A stretch of 62,927 nt of DNA, counting the filler, from Perkinsus chesapeaki ATCC PRA-425 (Eukaryota > Protista > Perkinsozoa), in assembly GCA_013115145.1 (NCBI GenBank). It is 9 parts of 9 records of this genome, joined end to end, with 100 filler letters (N's around TTAATTAATTAA, not from the genome) between each part and the next. Parts side by side here need not be neighbours in the genome. Positions count along the whole stretch, not along the records: positions 24,525 to 31,521 come from JAAPAO010001049.1; positions 31,622 to 39,632 come from JAAPAO010000999.1; 7 more parts are not named here. One strand, given 5' to 3'. Of the stretch, positions 24,654 through 37,084 are shown piece after piece. Under the pieces are notes generated by a model. The model worked only from the letters and a program-made list of their open reading frames with translations. It did not search any database and was not told the DNA's origin. How positions within the stretch are numbered: the stretch's first letter is position 1; every line of letters begins with the position of its first letter. The translations under genes and the position numbers were made by a program.

Positions 24654-26195
24654 ATGGTTGTACCACTACCCCCATCAGCAGCCCAAGGAGAAGCCTCTCA
24701 AGAGCTCCTAAGAACTCTCAAGCCTGCTCGATATTGCACTATAGGCCTATGGATACTAGTACCTATCAGGCTAATACTAGATGGGCCATTCAATTGCCTC
24801 GCTATACTGTAATAACCTTTATAGAACCTTCTTATAGCGCTTCTCTCCATAGGTTCTCTGCTCTATGTTGTACTTATATGCTTATGAATGACCCAGGAAT
24901 GTCCTCTTGTTATTCTTGCCTGTATAACTCTCCCCTAGGGGCGTGTGGGCCAGGGGGAATGCAGTGCCTATTGCCGGCTATATTTATATGTAATATCAAA
25001 AAGGTTGACTGCCGTATATTATTTATAGGTGTTATCAATTGCCTTTTTGACGGTATACGCTTCTTTGGTATGTTTTCCACTACAATACACCTTACCAAGC
25101 TCGGATTAATAGCCCCGCTATTCCTAGAGATATCATTGTTCTTCTCCTTTTTATTACAGGTAATACCTAGGGAGTATTAAACAGTATGGGAACCAATCAA
25201 CAGAATCCTTACGAACGAGTCGTACTCTCCATTATATCCCTTATAGTGGGACTTTAGGCTACCCTATATTAGGGGCATTTGTACCATTCCACCAGGGACA
25301 CTCAACTGTAAGGAGACAGAGCTAGCTGCCCATACAAATAGACTATGTATGGGTCTATATATATATGTGTATAATAATTCTAACACTATGTAGCAGTATA
25401 GAATAGCCGAACTGTGGATATAGACGAATTAAGGAACTACCGAGAGCTCATTGAGCGGCGGGGAATCTGATGAAACGAATGAAAAATTGCCCTATGTTCA
25501 GGGATACGCACTCCTTCATTATGTTATAGCAAAATTCTAACCGATAAGTATACACGAAGCCAAGTGAAATACTGCCCTACAATTGCTTGTCACGTATGAG
25601 TTTTTGGTGCCAACGAGGAGGCAATGTGGTGTACGATATTATCAATAATATTATTAATAATAATATACCAGTTAGGAATTATTTATATATTGTTATATTG
25701 TTCAGGGTATTATATCATGGGTAGCATATAAGGCGTTCAAAGAGATTAGTCAGAGTGCAGGGCCGTCATCCCAACCCTTCCTAGGAGGGGATCCTTACGC
25801 CATTGGACAGCCACCAGCGGGACCAGTTACCTATCAAACTACTTTTGGTAATATTAACGGGTGGAAAGGTCTCCAAGTGCAGACGATATCTTGATGCGGA
25901 AAAATCTTTGGGAATTTTGCGGAAATTCTACGAAGTAACTAAACAAAGGAAATTTTAGTGGTATTTGCTGCAGGTGTGAGAAATACAGTATAGAAATATA
26001 AAGTACAATTTCATTCCTACGAGTGGTATGTAAAGACTGTATTTGTACCTTCTTCTCGCAGGAATGCCCTCCGCGCCGGACACTGCTACTGGTGCTACAG
26101 GTGGTCCGCTAAATCGGCCGTCCAATACTGGAGGGGGAGCTACTAGGGGCTTTGTACCATTCGGCGGTCAAGGCAGACAACTTGGCGGAGACTAA
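24654..26195 (+). CDS. Multi-pass membrane protein with G/P-rich tail ending in an SHP-box-like motif, multi-exon
   Basis: Hydrophobic exons (YCTIGLWILVPIRLIL; CGPGGMQCLLPAIFI; GIISWVAYKAFKEI); last exon ends GFVPFGGQGRQLGGD-stop (TAA 26193-26195). Internal splicing only partly resolved. Confidence 0.6.
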
Positions 26196-26359
26196 CCACT
26201 GTGAAACACTTGTACTCGAGTTTCCTAAACAGCTCACCTTTAGTGTTTATTAGTCATCTTCAATGCCGCCAAGGTGGTTGCGGAAGGAGAATTTTGTGGC
26301 ACATAATGTTTTGTGCGTCCTTAGAAATATTTCCAGTAAGACTCGTTAGAGCGCTTATG

Positions 26360-27318
26360 ACTCTCTAGGAGCAGCGTTGGATAGACAGTCGTATAGGATG
26401 ATTCTCACACCACTCTAAGTTGGGTCTGAACAACGCCAAATAATATCTACGGCCTCACCTGCAGCCTACGGGGGTCACCACGTAGCTCGGAGTCTCTTGA
26501 AGTTCGGTGGTTATATTGAGGATGAAGTGCTCGAGATCCCAAAGAGGTTTATCTAGTACACAAGAATATATAGGCCTTTTTGATTAATATTTCAGCTGTG
26601 GTTTTATTGCGGAATTTCGTGGAAGTTTTACAAGGGTTCAGATAGCTGAAATAGTATCCTCAGTGCATTGTCACCTAAGACGGTTTGAAGACTTCTTTAC
26701 AGTATAATTAGTGCAGGCATGGCAGTGCCCTCCTCTCCGGCATTTGCATCTATAGCGGGACGGTTACTTCCCAGCTTAGTACCACGAACGGCGGTTAGGT
26801 GCGGTTCCGTAGCGATTGTCATGTCACACCGAGGTAATAGGGAAGTGCACCATACGGGCACGTATATTTCACTGGGCCAATTGAGGTGACACGGTGTAGA
26901 TTTATTGCTGTGGCTTCTCTAAGGGTTGTTTATTGAACGTTATAAAGATTCCGATTCGAACAATTGAATTTGTTTTGGAACAAGGTCTGCTGTGATTGAG
27001 AGGCTTCTCGTTCCTTACCCGGGGATGAAGCCATTCAGAGGGGCATAGTGGTTTCATGCGCCGCTTGGAGCATGGTTTCTATTAAACTCACCATGTGGCA
27101 CTAGGAACACTTTCTGCCATTTGAAATAAAACATTGCCCGAAGTACGGATGAGGCAGAGTTCAAAGGGCCTCGTTCCTGTGCTGGAAGCATTGCTAATCT
27201 CTCTGCCACGTCAAAGTCAATTGCTTTGACTACAGGTCATTGCATGATGTATGCAATAGCTCGATACATATCCCCCCTGCAGTTACAGGGGCAAAGGGCC
27301 GCGGAAAGGTCATTTTAA
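26360..27318 (-). CDS. Hypothetical protein, multi-exon
   Basis: Exon-like peptides KAIDFDVAERLAML...FYFKWQKVFLVPH, PVKYTCPYGALPYYLG, LDKPLWDLEHFILNITTELQ bounded by GT/AG. No family recognised; boundaries approximate. Confidence 0.35.
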
Positions 27319-27540
27319 GTGACGTGAAATAGTACAAGTCTAAATCTATACTTCCTAATAATACAACGAAATTTGAAAATCTCGATCTCTGAACTCGAGC
27401 GTCAAATCTCTCGTGGTGGTGGGGATATCATATCCTGAGCGTGAAGAGCTTGCGAATATTTTGTTGAGGAGTGTAGTACTGCATTAAGTATTTATATTGG
27501 GCATTTCGTTGATACCGATGAAGAGTCTCTTGTTGTTCAG

Positions 27541-30500
27541 GTTTTTTCAGCCGGAGCGGTGACAATGGCGATGATGGTCGGCAGACTGCATTTAAAGGTA
27601 GTACTAGAAGGATGAGGAGTTATGGGGCATCTACTATGTTAGGTATATTGAGCTGGTTTAGTGGGAGTAAAAAGGAGGCGTTGGAAGGTAAGATAAGGGA
27701 AACAGGGGGACTATGTTATGGGGGTGATGCTGTCAACAGTAGCGTGGAATTGGAATATGTCGAATTGGGAGGAATCTACGTAGAAGAGGGATGTGTCGAA
27801 TTGGGAGGAATCTGTGTAGAAGAGGAATATGTCGAATTGGGAGAAATCTATGTAGAAGAGTAATGTGTCGAATTGGGAGAAACCTGTGTAGAAGAGTAAT
27901 GTGTCGAATTGGGAGAAACCTGTGTAGAAGAGGAATGTGTCGAGCAAGCAGGAGGGGGAATTGTCTGATCTTCAGAATCTGCACAGTCTCACACGAAATC
28001 AACAGGGAATGCCGATGGTAAATCATTGATTGTGGAAGAGGAGCTCGAGCAGCGGTATGGTGTGGCACCGCCGAGTAGTCCGGAAGAGGAGGAAAGTATG
28101 ATGAGTGGCAAAGGTGGTGATTTGGGACAAGTATGGTATAAGAACAATGTGATGCATTGCAGGCAGGAAGACTTCTAATAAAAAGGAAAGCAAGAATTTA
28201 CCGAGAGTTGTATGTCTGCCATTACAGAGACGACCGTTGTTTCCAGGACAAGCTGCCGCATTGCAAATAACAAACCCTGAGGTAGGGCATATGTCCCAAA
28301 TCTGGATATCGCTGCATCTTCGGAAATTGTAGCCAGGAAGTCTCAGGGATCATCGTGTTCAGTGCGAAACGAAACTGTTCTTGGTCTTTTGCAATTGAAG
28401 TTTTCGTTTTTTAAACTAGCTTTCTGTTCCTGAAAATGAGCTGGGATTTGCTACGTAGCAGTTGCTATTCAGACTCAAACTGCCATCCTAGAAATGTGGA
28501 CCAACAATCCCGGCAACTCGTATGTTGGTGTCTTCCTTCGCACCAAGCCGGATGGGAGCTCCTCGGCCTCGGTCTCGCCATCTGAGGTTGAAGGAGGGCG
28601 TGATACTGCTAGTGGATATGCGTCAGGTGGGCAGGGTGTCTGGTGAGTTGGTGAAATATTAAATTATAAATCTTATCGAATATCATCGGGAGCTGCCTGT
28701 TGCACATGCTTCCTCGGCACCACAGCAGGTGTCCAAGTCATAGCCTCGGAGCGCCGGTATGTAGCGCGGAAATTCGGCACATTAAATACTGCGTGGTCGA
28801 TAATATTCTGAAACTATTTGAGGAAGGAGCGGTATGAAGTGGTATGCATTAGTGGGAATGATGCCTCGTTAAGGTGCCAGATGAGAATTTATCTTCAGAT
28901 GGTGACACGGTTATGCTGCCTTCACCAAAGTCTGCTCTATCTAGACCAACTATATCATCTAGAAGGAGCAAGGTGTCGAGTATTTTAAATAAAAAGGCAG
29001 ATTCCGATACAGAAGGTAAGTGAAGGGAGCCTCTCCTTACTTCCCCTGGGGAAGATTCCAAGTACGACAGTAATTGTGTATTCTGTCCCTTTTGTTTGAC
29101 ATAATTTATATGTCATTGCTTCCTTCAGATGCCTCTAATGGCGATAAGGTGGTGGGCTCACGGGACGTGGTGACTGACCCCGCTAAGGAGCTCTATCATG
29201 TCGGCTGCTATGCGAGAGTTCAACAAGTTTTTCATTTTCGTCAAAAAGACGTTCTTCATGTCTTTCTTGCTGGTAGGCTCCATCGACGAATCCAGGATGG
29301 CCGTATTTGGCATTTCGTATCCACTACATGTAAATTTCCACCGAACTTCCACCTTGAATATCTTCGCGCTTGGAACGCTTACTCGTCCAGCACTGCCTCC
29401 TACCGAGTATGCCCGTGCCATTGGACTTGCTACTTAGGAATTTAGGGATTGCAGCTCATTCAGAAATATTTTGGAACTTGTGGTATTCATCACGAAAGCT
29501 CATCGGTGTCGGTAAACAGCCTTAGTCTCTTTTGTTAACTAAAAAAATTCCTTCCCAAATAGTGTAGTACCATTGCACCACAGCATCACTTAGGTCGTCA
29601 TAGAGTGCTATTGGAATCCACAGCCGTATCGGGCCCGCCAACTGAGGTTGACGTTACTCATGTTGTCGACGAGGATATTGAACTACCTGAAGAGACCGCA
29701 CAGTTATCGAAAGCTCTGGTAAAGGGACAAATGCTTCAGAAGTTTATAGCGCATTTCCCATATTTACAGATACAAGAGACGCTTTCGGTTATACGGCAGA
29801 TAGCCGCTGTTAATCAGTGGTTTAAAGAGCAGATTGATACTATGCAGACGAGCATGGAATTTGCGATCACTCCGCGAGACATAGGTAAGGGTTGTATAGT
29901 TCATAGGGCCTTTTCTGGAGAAGCTTGGGTGGAATAGCCATTATTACTGCCAATAATTTATTGGGAAAATATATGGTATTTAAAACCGAAAGTCCTGCGA
30001 CACTCCTTAGTAGAGCTTCAACTGCCATGGCAGCCGTTGACTAATAAAGAGTAAAATTGTAAAGTCCATTTGAGCTGTAACTTTAGATAGAGGGAGTTGC
30101 TATGATGTGCCTCAGGTCGATTGGCGGATCTTGGCTCTGCAATGGTTAATGCGGACCCTGTCGAACTGCAAACGGTAAGTGTCATGAGATATTATTGTCT
30201 GAATGGTGCGGTTTCAGGTGATGGATACATTAGAGCCATCTGAAAGGCTGCAACATGCATTGCTGTTATTAAGAAAGGAGCTCGAAGTTGCCAGTCTGCA
30301 GCAAAACATACAGAAACAGGTAAGTGCAGATAATGACCAGATGCAGCAGTCTCAGTGACCTGCGAGCTTCCGATACCGAGCTCGCAATCGGGTTGGAAAC
30401 TTTTGGGAAAAAAGTTTTTTGACACTTTTTTTTCTTACTTGGTGCCCGCCTTCAGACGATGACGGTCACTGTATATAATATCGTTCTAATTCTTTGTTAT

Positions 30501-31521
30501 ATATTAATATTAGTTTGTTGTTTTTGTCTTTAGATGGATGAGAAGATGCAGTCATTGAATAGAGAGTTCCTATTGAAGCAGCAACTGAAGGTTATTAAGA
30601 AAGAGCTAGGCCTGGAAAAGGACGATAAGGAGGTCAATTTGCCGCAGCATTCAAGTGTGCCTGTACAACTCGTTCAGGCCGTTTTGGAGCGTTTCAAGGA
30701 GTCACTAAAGGGAAAGACGGTAGAGAGCCTCAGTGGAGAGTGGTGGATGTTAGCGGTGAGCTGCTTCTAGGTCCCGAAGGACGTGCAGACCACCATTGAT
30801 GCCGAGATGGCAAAACTGTCATTTTTGGAACAGAATAGTTCCGAGTTTAATATTACCAGAAGCTATCTAGATTGGCTTACTAGCTTGCCTTGGGGAATTT
30901 ATAGTGAAGTAAGTCTACTTTGGAGAATTAAAGGGGTATGCAAATATTACATATTAGGATGAGGAACCGGACAGTTTTGTGTTTCGTTCACACTCCCCAT
31001 TTAAAATACAGTATATATTACGAATCTGTTGTATTTAGAGGCATGGGATGTCTTGAGAATAGGTCTTGAAGAGAGTCAGAGAATGCTGAATGTCTCGAGT
31101 CGAATCGATAGTCTCGACTACCTATCAGACGCGTAAGCGAATCTGCGTAGCGGAAATCGCTTTGCTATTACCTTCGAAATAGTACTACTTTTTTCCAATT
31201 TCTCAACTATAGTTTGTGCACTATCATGCGCTCAATTGTGCCTTTTTCCTATTATATGCTCTTTTCTAAGGACAACTTCAACATAGCCAGAGCTTCCGAG
31301 GTGCTCAATGAGGATCATTACGGCCTCAAGGACGTCAAGGAGCGCATATTAGAGTTCATCGCAGTTGGAAAACTGAAAGGCAAGCAGTCAGGTACCACAA
31401 TTGATATTATAACGTTCACCTTCAGGCTCATTACAGGGCAAGATTCTCTGCCTTGTTGGCCCACCCGGCGTTGGAAAGACCAGTGTGGGGAAGAGTATTG
31501 CCCGCAGTATTAATAGAGAGT
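27541..31521 (+). CDS. LONP1: Lon protease (mitochondrial LONP1/PIM1 type), multi-exon, 3'-truncated at the AAA+ Walker A
   Basis: [95 protein letters not shown]. Start approximate. Confidence 0.93.
27753..27943. repeat. 36-bp minisatellite, about 5.3 copies, inside a Lon intron (27688-27975)
   Basis: TGTCG core recurs at 27758, 27794, 27830, 27866, 27902, 27938. Flanking G|GTAAG and TTCAG|AA splice sites keep the frame (LE-ESAQ). Confidence 0.92.
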
Positions 31522-31621
31522 NNNNNNNNNNNNNNNNNNNNNNNNNNNNNNNNNNNNNNNNNNNNTTAATTAATTAANNNNNNNNNNNNNNNNNNNNNNN
31601 NNNNNNNNNNNNNNNNNNNNN
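31522..31621. other. Artificial contig spacer
   Basis: N44-TTAATTAATTAA-N44. Confidence 0.97.
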
Positions 31622-32124
31622 TACAACAGCAGCAAGGGCAACAGTTACAGCCACAACAACAGCAGCAATGGCAACAGTTACAGCCACTACAACAGCAGCA
31701 AGGGCAACAGTTACAGCCACTACAACAGCAGCAAGGGCAACAGTTACAGCCACTACAACAAGGTCAAATGCAATCACAACTGTTGTCTGATCAAGGGATA
31801 CAGCAGTTCCCCACACAAGAGCAACCACTACAACCACCGCAGGCCGCCGCCGCCCCCGCCGCTGCCCCTTTCATGATGCCTTATGAGATCAATGAAGCCC
31901 CATATAGACAACAAGAGCCACTAATGAATAGCAATCCAGCGCCGATACCACAGTTGCAGGCAGATCTCATCGATACAAAGGCAAACAGTTCACCGAAGGG
32001 TGGAAGATTGAAAGATAGTGCAACCGAAGGGGCACGGAATTCCACTGAAGGTAAGACAGCCGCTGCCGCCGAGTCATCAATAGTACACATGCCGCAGCCG
32101 ATCGAATTGATACACAAGCAATAG
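31622..32124 (+). CDS. Gln/Pro-rich low-complexity protein C-terminus, 5'-truncated
   Basis: Open frame from the contig edge: (QQQQGQQLQPL)n-QQGQMQSQLLSDQG...IELIHKQ-stop. Confidence 0.6.
31623..31760 (+). repeat. 33-bp coding tandem repeat (QQQQGQQLQPL), 4+ copies
   Basis: Units start at 31623, 31656, 31689, 31722, 31755 (partial). Confidence 0.93.
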
Positions 32125-32477
32125 TACTGCTTCTGTATTGCCAATTCGACCGGCTGCTTATTCGGTAGCTTGAGCTCCGCGGCAAACCCAAAGCCTCCAA
32201 GTACATAAGTGCCCGCTGGACACTGTCCACTGAAACTCTCTGTACCGCGTAGTTGGACCAGTGGCCTCTCCATAGCTCTCCGATGCTCGAAACAGAATTC
32301 TTAATCTGTTCTTGCCAGGCTTAGGAACTTCCTGAGGGGTCGATGGTACGGTGTGTCTGAGAATTGATCAGTCGGAATCATGTGTTCAAATAAACCCTCT
32401 ATCTTCTTTGTTGGAACTAACACCTCTATCGTGAGCATCACATACCTGCCTCTATTATTCGTCCTACCACTATAGAC

Positions 32478-33524
32478 ATGCTCCCGTGGTATGCTTTGCT
32501 GTCAGGTAGTAAATCAAAAGAGATGAAGGAGCGCAGTACGACATTCGCCTGGTGGTCTTGGATGATAATAGCATTTCTGTCATTCTTAGCAATCGGTGGC
32601 CTGCTCTACTACACCGACTATATGTACCATAAGCAACACTATAGCGGAATGCCCAACAAAGTGCTAGGGCAAGTTGTCTCTGCCGAGCTCCGGACCAAGC
32701 TAGACCGTGCTTGCTTTGTGACCGTTCAGTGTGGCAAAGACGACGATACAGTCCTCGAAACGAGAGCGGTTGCGGGCTCAGGCGGCGTGGTTCATTGGAA
32801 CGATCATTTTCGCTACAGTGTGAGCCCGGAGAAGGCCCGAGACCACCCTCTGCGGAAAACCGCCATTAAACTGACGCTCTACCAAAACAGTGATGATGGC
32901 GCCAAGTCTCTGGGAAGTGGTGAGATTTCCTGTAGTTCCCTCAAGGACGTGCGAATGAACGGTGGGGTGATGGAAGCCCATAACGTTACCATCTCTCGAT
33001 TCGGTATCGTCATCGTTAAAGCGGGGCTCGGCTTCAGTGGCTGGTCAGAGCAAAAGGTCGACAGACTTCGTGCGAGCTGGAGGAAGAAGCGTTCGGAGAT
33101 ATCCTTCTGGACAAGACTGTTGTTGTCTCCTGCTGAAGCGACACTGCTGATTTTGAAAGGCATAGAAGGAATAACACATTTGCATAACTTTATTCTCTCC
33201 GTGTTCGATTTGGCCGTCGCCGCGACTATTGTCATTCTCACCCTTCCCTTTCTGCTCAACTATGTCGGTCTGAGTATGTTTGATAAATTAAAGATCAAAG
33301 AGCTCCGATGGACGTGGACGACATACAGCAGTCTTTCCGGTACCGGGATTCTCCTCTGGCGTCTATTTGGTACATTTCCTGCATTCTGGCATCTCGGCCT
33401 CTACTGCGGTTTGGGCCTCCTTGCCCTCCTTTTCATGATCGCGGATTTCCGTGGCGAATCTGGATCTGGCGTCATCTCCCGAGCTGTTGGCAAAGTCGCC
33501 GGTTGGTTCGGTGGGGTGCACTAG
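32478..33524 (+). CDS. Intronless 348-aa membrane protein: N-terminal TM, C2-like domain, C-terminal TMs
   Basis: Hydrophobic aa ~25-45; C2-like pattern (VVSAEL..CFVTVQCG..ETRAV..VHWNDHF..IKLTLYQ..KSLGSGEI); two to three hydrophobic C-terminal segments. Confidence 0.65.
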   Translation: MLPWYALLSGSKSKEMKERSTTFAWWSWMIIAFLSFLAIGGLLYYTDYMYHKQHYSGMPNKVLGQVVSAELRTKLDRACFVTVQCGKDDDTVLETRAVAGSGGVVHWNDHFRYSVSPEKARDHPLRKTAIKLTLYQNSDDGAKSLGSGEISCSSLKDVRMNGGVMEAHNVTISRFGIVIVKAGLGFSGWSEQKVDRLRASWRKKRSEISFWTRLLLSPAEATLLILKGIEGITHLHNFILSVFDLAVAATIVILTLPFLLNYVGLSMFDKLKIKELRWTWTTYSSLSGTGILLWRLFGTFPAFWHLGLYCGLGLLALLFMIADFRGESGSGVISRAVGKVAGWFGGVH

Positions 33525-33644
33525 TCATCGCTCCACCCTTCAACACATCGTACAATATTCAGTAACATGAGTTGTGATGTCCATTGGTCAAGTATAGAGT
33601 TTGCCAATTACGTTCACAGTGTCGCACCTTCGTCAGCCATTACT

Positions 33645-34600
33645 ATGTTATTTTGTCGAAGTCTGCTTGTCTCAATTCTACTGACAAGTGCTGCTTCAGC
33701 TGCACATCACAGCCCGGGAGTTAGTTTTGCCGAGCCGATCATTACTACATTACAACGCCGTCCGAGGTCGTCATTGATGCAGTAGGACAGACCATACCAG
33801 GCGATGGAATTATACAGCTATATGTGCCAAACTAAGGCTCCCGCATCCTTCCGATTGGAATCCTGACGGAATTGCGAGGGAGAGTGGTAGAGGGGCTGCC
33901 AGCTATTCAGTTGTTGTTAAACTGTAGAAATCAGCGAACTGAGCTCACTGAACTTTATCAATTTATGAAAGACAGAATTATTATTTTGGTCATTACCCGA
34001 TTAGCTTCTCTTTTCAGGCATCTTTCGAATCGAGCCCCGCCCCCTCCAGACGATGGTTCATTCGATCCTCGCTCGGGCTTGCCTATTGTTGAGCCTTTCA
34101 AGAGGCTCGAAATGAAGTAGGAAAGCACTGCAAGCCAACTGGGGTGACTCAGTCATCATAGGTTACCAAACTCACACCGAGGGTCTCTACTCGCCGCGGG
34201 GCCCGAGGACTATCGCAGAGAGGATGGTGTAAGGTCTGGTCAACCACTGGTCTGTCACCCTTAATTTCAGTTCCCACCGCCACCAGAGGAGATATTTGAG
34301 TCGCCGGAATTGAAGGAGAGACAAGAAGAAGTCGAAGCCGAGGCGGCGAGGTTGGATGACACCAACGCGGAGTTTACAAAGTCAGGCAGCCGTCAAGCGC
34401 TTCGCCATTTCACATTTGATCGGTTTTCAGAGATTCCCGCGGTATTGGTTGGGCACTGCGACACTCAGAGATGGACAACGATCAGAAAGAAATCAATACG
34501 TTGACGAATCGGCGAATGTACAGAGACCCCAAGAGAGCCCTCTTCGGGTGAATACAGACCATGTCTTACAACATGACTTGGTTACGATGAGCATGCGGAG
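33645..34600 (+). CDS. Hypothetical secreted protein, multi-exon
   Basis: Signal-peptide-like MLFCRSLLVSILLTSAASA; later exons HLSNRAPPPPDDGSFDP and FPPPPEEIFESPELKERQEE. End approximate. Confidence 0.4.
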
Positions 34601-35157
34601 GCCAGTGATGATGTCTGTGATGTTGTGTTGTAAGTGGTCTCTTAGCATAGAACTGATTGATATGCCGACTGGAATTCGGTAACCCCTCCTATAAGTTATA
34701 GGCTATAACATTCAAGACATATGCGTTGTGGCTAGGTTATGAAGTGTTCTCTCTGACAAGAGTGCGCGGATGGATCCGTCAATGTGTCTTTAAGGACAAT
34801 CAGTATCACTTAGAGGGATCGGCGGCGGGCGTTCACGCAGTGAGACTGACAACATAATCAACTATATCTGTTCGTTACATTGAGTACCAAACCAGGTTCC
34901 TGAGGTTCCACGGTTTGACTACATTCAACAGCTCGTTCATTACCCAAGGGAAGTATACGAAACCCGTGAAACTCAAGTCGGTCAGTGTCATTAATAGGGG
35001 ATCCTCTTTTGACATTAAATATTAGGGTGACGAATAGCATCTCTATACTATGCTCTACTCACTAAAAAGTATTCCTACCCGTACTAGCAAAGATTAAAAA
35101 GGCGCGAGTCATACAACTGAGTCATCCAGCACAAGAAACCGATAGTCATTTGATATG

Positions 35158-35583
35158 TTACACATCGCCAGCCTTCTTTATGGTAACTTGTCTGGATTCT
35201 TCTCTTATCTCCAATCGACCTGTAGACGTCACTGTGAACTCTGAGAAATCATCGGCTATGAAACCACGACCAGGGCAGATCTGGTTCAACTCGTCGATGA
35301 ATTCTAAGAAGTCGCTTGAGGCTTTTTCCGCAGGGGTGAGAACGAACCCTTTCGGGTCAGCAGGATTTCTAGTTACCCTCATTGAATGCTTGCTGGTAGC
35401 ATACGAACCATGAGGATCACACTGGGCCTCCAGGTAAACTGAAATTCCTGGGTGCCCATCATCCTCAAAGAAGCATGTAACCGAAATGTAGGGGTCTTGC
35501 GCTGAACCATCATATCTTCCAGTTGGAAATTGCCAGGCAATACTAATGGCAACCAGTGAAGCAAGTAGAGTTGTAGAGGGCAT
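35158..35583 (-). CDS. Small intronless secreted protein (141 aa)
   Basis: ATG start, signal peptide MPSTTLLASLVAISIA, then FPTGRYDG; three Cys; beta-rich composition. Confidence 0.75.
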   Translation of the reverse strand: MPSTTLLASLVAISIAWQFPTGRYDGSAQDPYISVTCFFEDDGHPGISVYLEAQCDPHGSYATSKHSMRVTRNPADPKGFVLTPAEKASSDFLEFIDELNQICPGRGFIADDFSEFTVTSTGRLEIREESRQVTIKKAGDV

Positions 35584-36648
35584 ATTGAATGATATAGCAA
35601 AGTTTGCTTGACTATTCTTTTATGCTTAGCTGAGAAAAGTGTAGAACAACAGTGGAAGGTGAAAGCTCAAAGCAAACGATAAGTTTAATCGAGACAAGCG
35701 GTTCATTCAAGACAGTACTCCTGATCGCATCAACAGCGTTTTCGCTTCTGACCAGTTTCGAGCAATGTGAACTAACTTCTACTCTTCCCCATGAGCTTTA
35801 TTTCCTGAATAACCATCACAGTAAGCCGAGGCATGCCATGTTTGGTGACCGTCACAAAATGCGAGAAGCACCACTACTCTTTTTCGAGATGCATGAAGAT
35901 TACTTGAGTTAGCCAACTAGATGCCATACATCGGCCATACAATCTAAGATGTCCGCTATATCGCTGGCATCATGGAGTCAGAATGCAGATCTCCCTCGCG
36001 TACGAATTAAACATCATTAAAATGAAGAATCGTGCAGAGACAACATGTGATGAAGGAGTAGACAATATCGAGTAGACAAGATGTAAATATTATTCATTCG
36101 CTGATTTAGAATCTTGCATAGATCTTTTATGTCTGCAGTATTCCTTGTTATTTGCTAATTAACCTACCAAGCTAAGCGCACATGTCACGGTTCTCTGCAC
36201 CCTTGAGGCACCGTCCTCAACAAGGCTTGGGTTGCAGATCCATTCTCGCATTCAACAAGTCATGTCACCACGGTGACATAGTGCACATCGTGCACGCATT
36301 TCGCGGTATCAGTTGATGAACCTCAAGTAACTCAGCAAAGCTCTTTGCCAGAGGAGCTTGAGCTAGAGCAACTAATACTACAACGCTGGCACTCTAGCGA
36401 TCTCGCGCACTTCTACATGCAAGCACAGTCTCCCTGCGCAACTATCCGGGACATAATGTGTTGCGAGGACGTCGATAGTAGAGCAAGTTGGTAATCAATC
36501 TTGACCAGGGAGTTATCCAGCTAGAGGAGTGATGTTCCTAATCCTCGGGTTTAGGAACATCAGACCCGAGGATGACTTATGAACGTACCATGGCCGCCAT
36601 GGCATGGTGCCAACCTAGCCCAACACTCAAGCCGTATGAGTCACTTAT

Positions 36649-36688
36649 ACAACAGTGGAGGGACAACACAACAGTGGAGGGACAACAC
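36649..36688. repeat. 19-bp tandem duplication
   Basis: ACAACAGTGGAGGGACAAC at 36649 and 36668. Confidence 0.85.
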
Positions 36689-37084
36689 TCACTGGAGTCA
36701 CGTAGCATCTTTTCGACCTCAAGAAACCATGTCGCATGCCGATGTCTAATCGTGACATTCACGCCTCCGATCCGTTTTAAGTTTTGACCATGCCACACAG
36801 TCTTTGAAGCATCTACCTTCTGACGTAGAAGGTATCGAAAATGCAGCCTTTTCTTTCGGTGTTGGCAATCTACATTATTGACAATGTCATCAACTCAACA
36901 AGGGGATAACAATTAGCGTTTTGTTGCAGAAAAGATAGTAGCAGCGGATAAATACAACACTATACAATAATCGTTACGTAGTAGAGGGGATTCAGCAGCA
37001 GAAGAAGAAGAAGAAGAGTCAGACGGACAACAACTTAATGACGGAATTGAAATAAATAACATGCAAGATTCTTTCCTTCACAGA

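Noticed and set aside
27753-27943. 36-bp periodic repeat resembling a CRISPR array
   Set aside because: Units are contiguous with no unique spacers, the context is a eukaryotic intron, and no cas genes are present.
27612-28068. Several repetitive ORFs ([28 protein letters not shown])
   Set aside because: All are translations of the intronic 36-bp minisatellite.
31574-31837. Hydrophobic VVVAVTVALAA repeat ORF on the minus strand
   Set aside because: Antisense reading of the CAA/CAG-rich repeat; the plus frame continues into a longer coherent protein.
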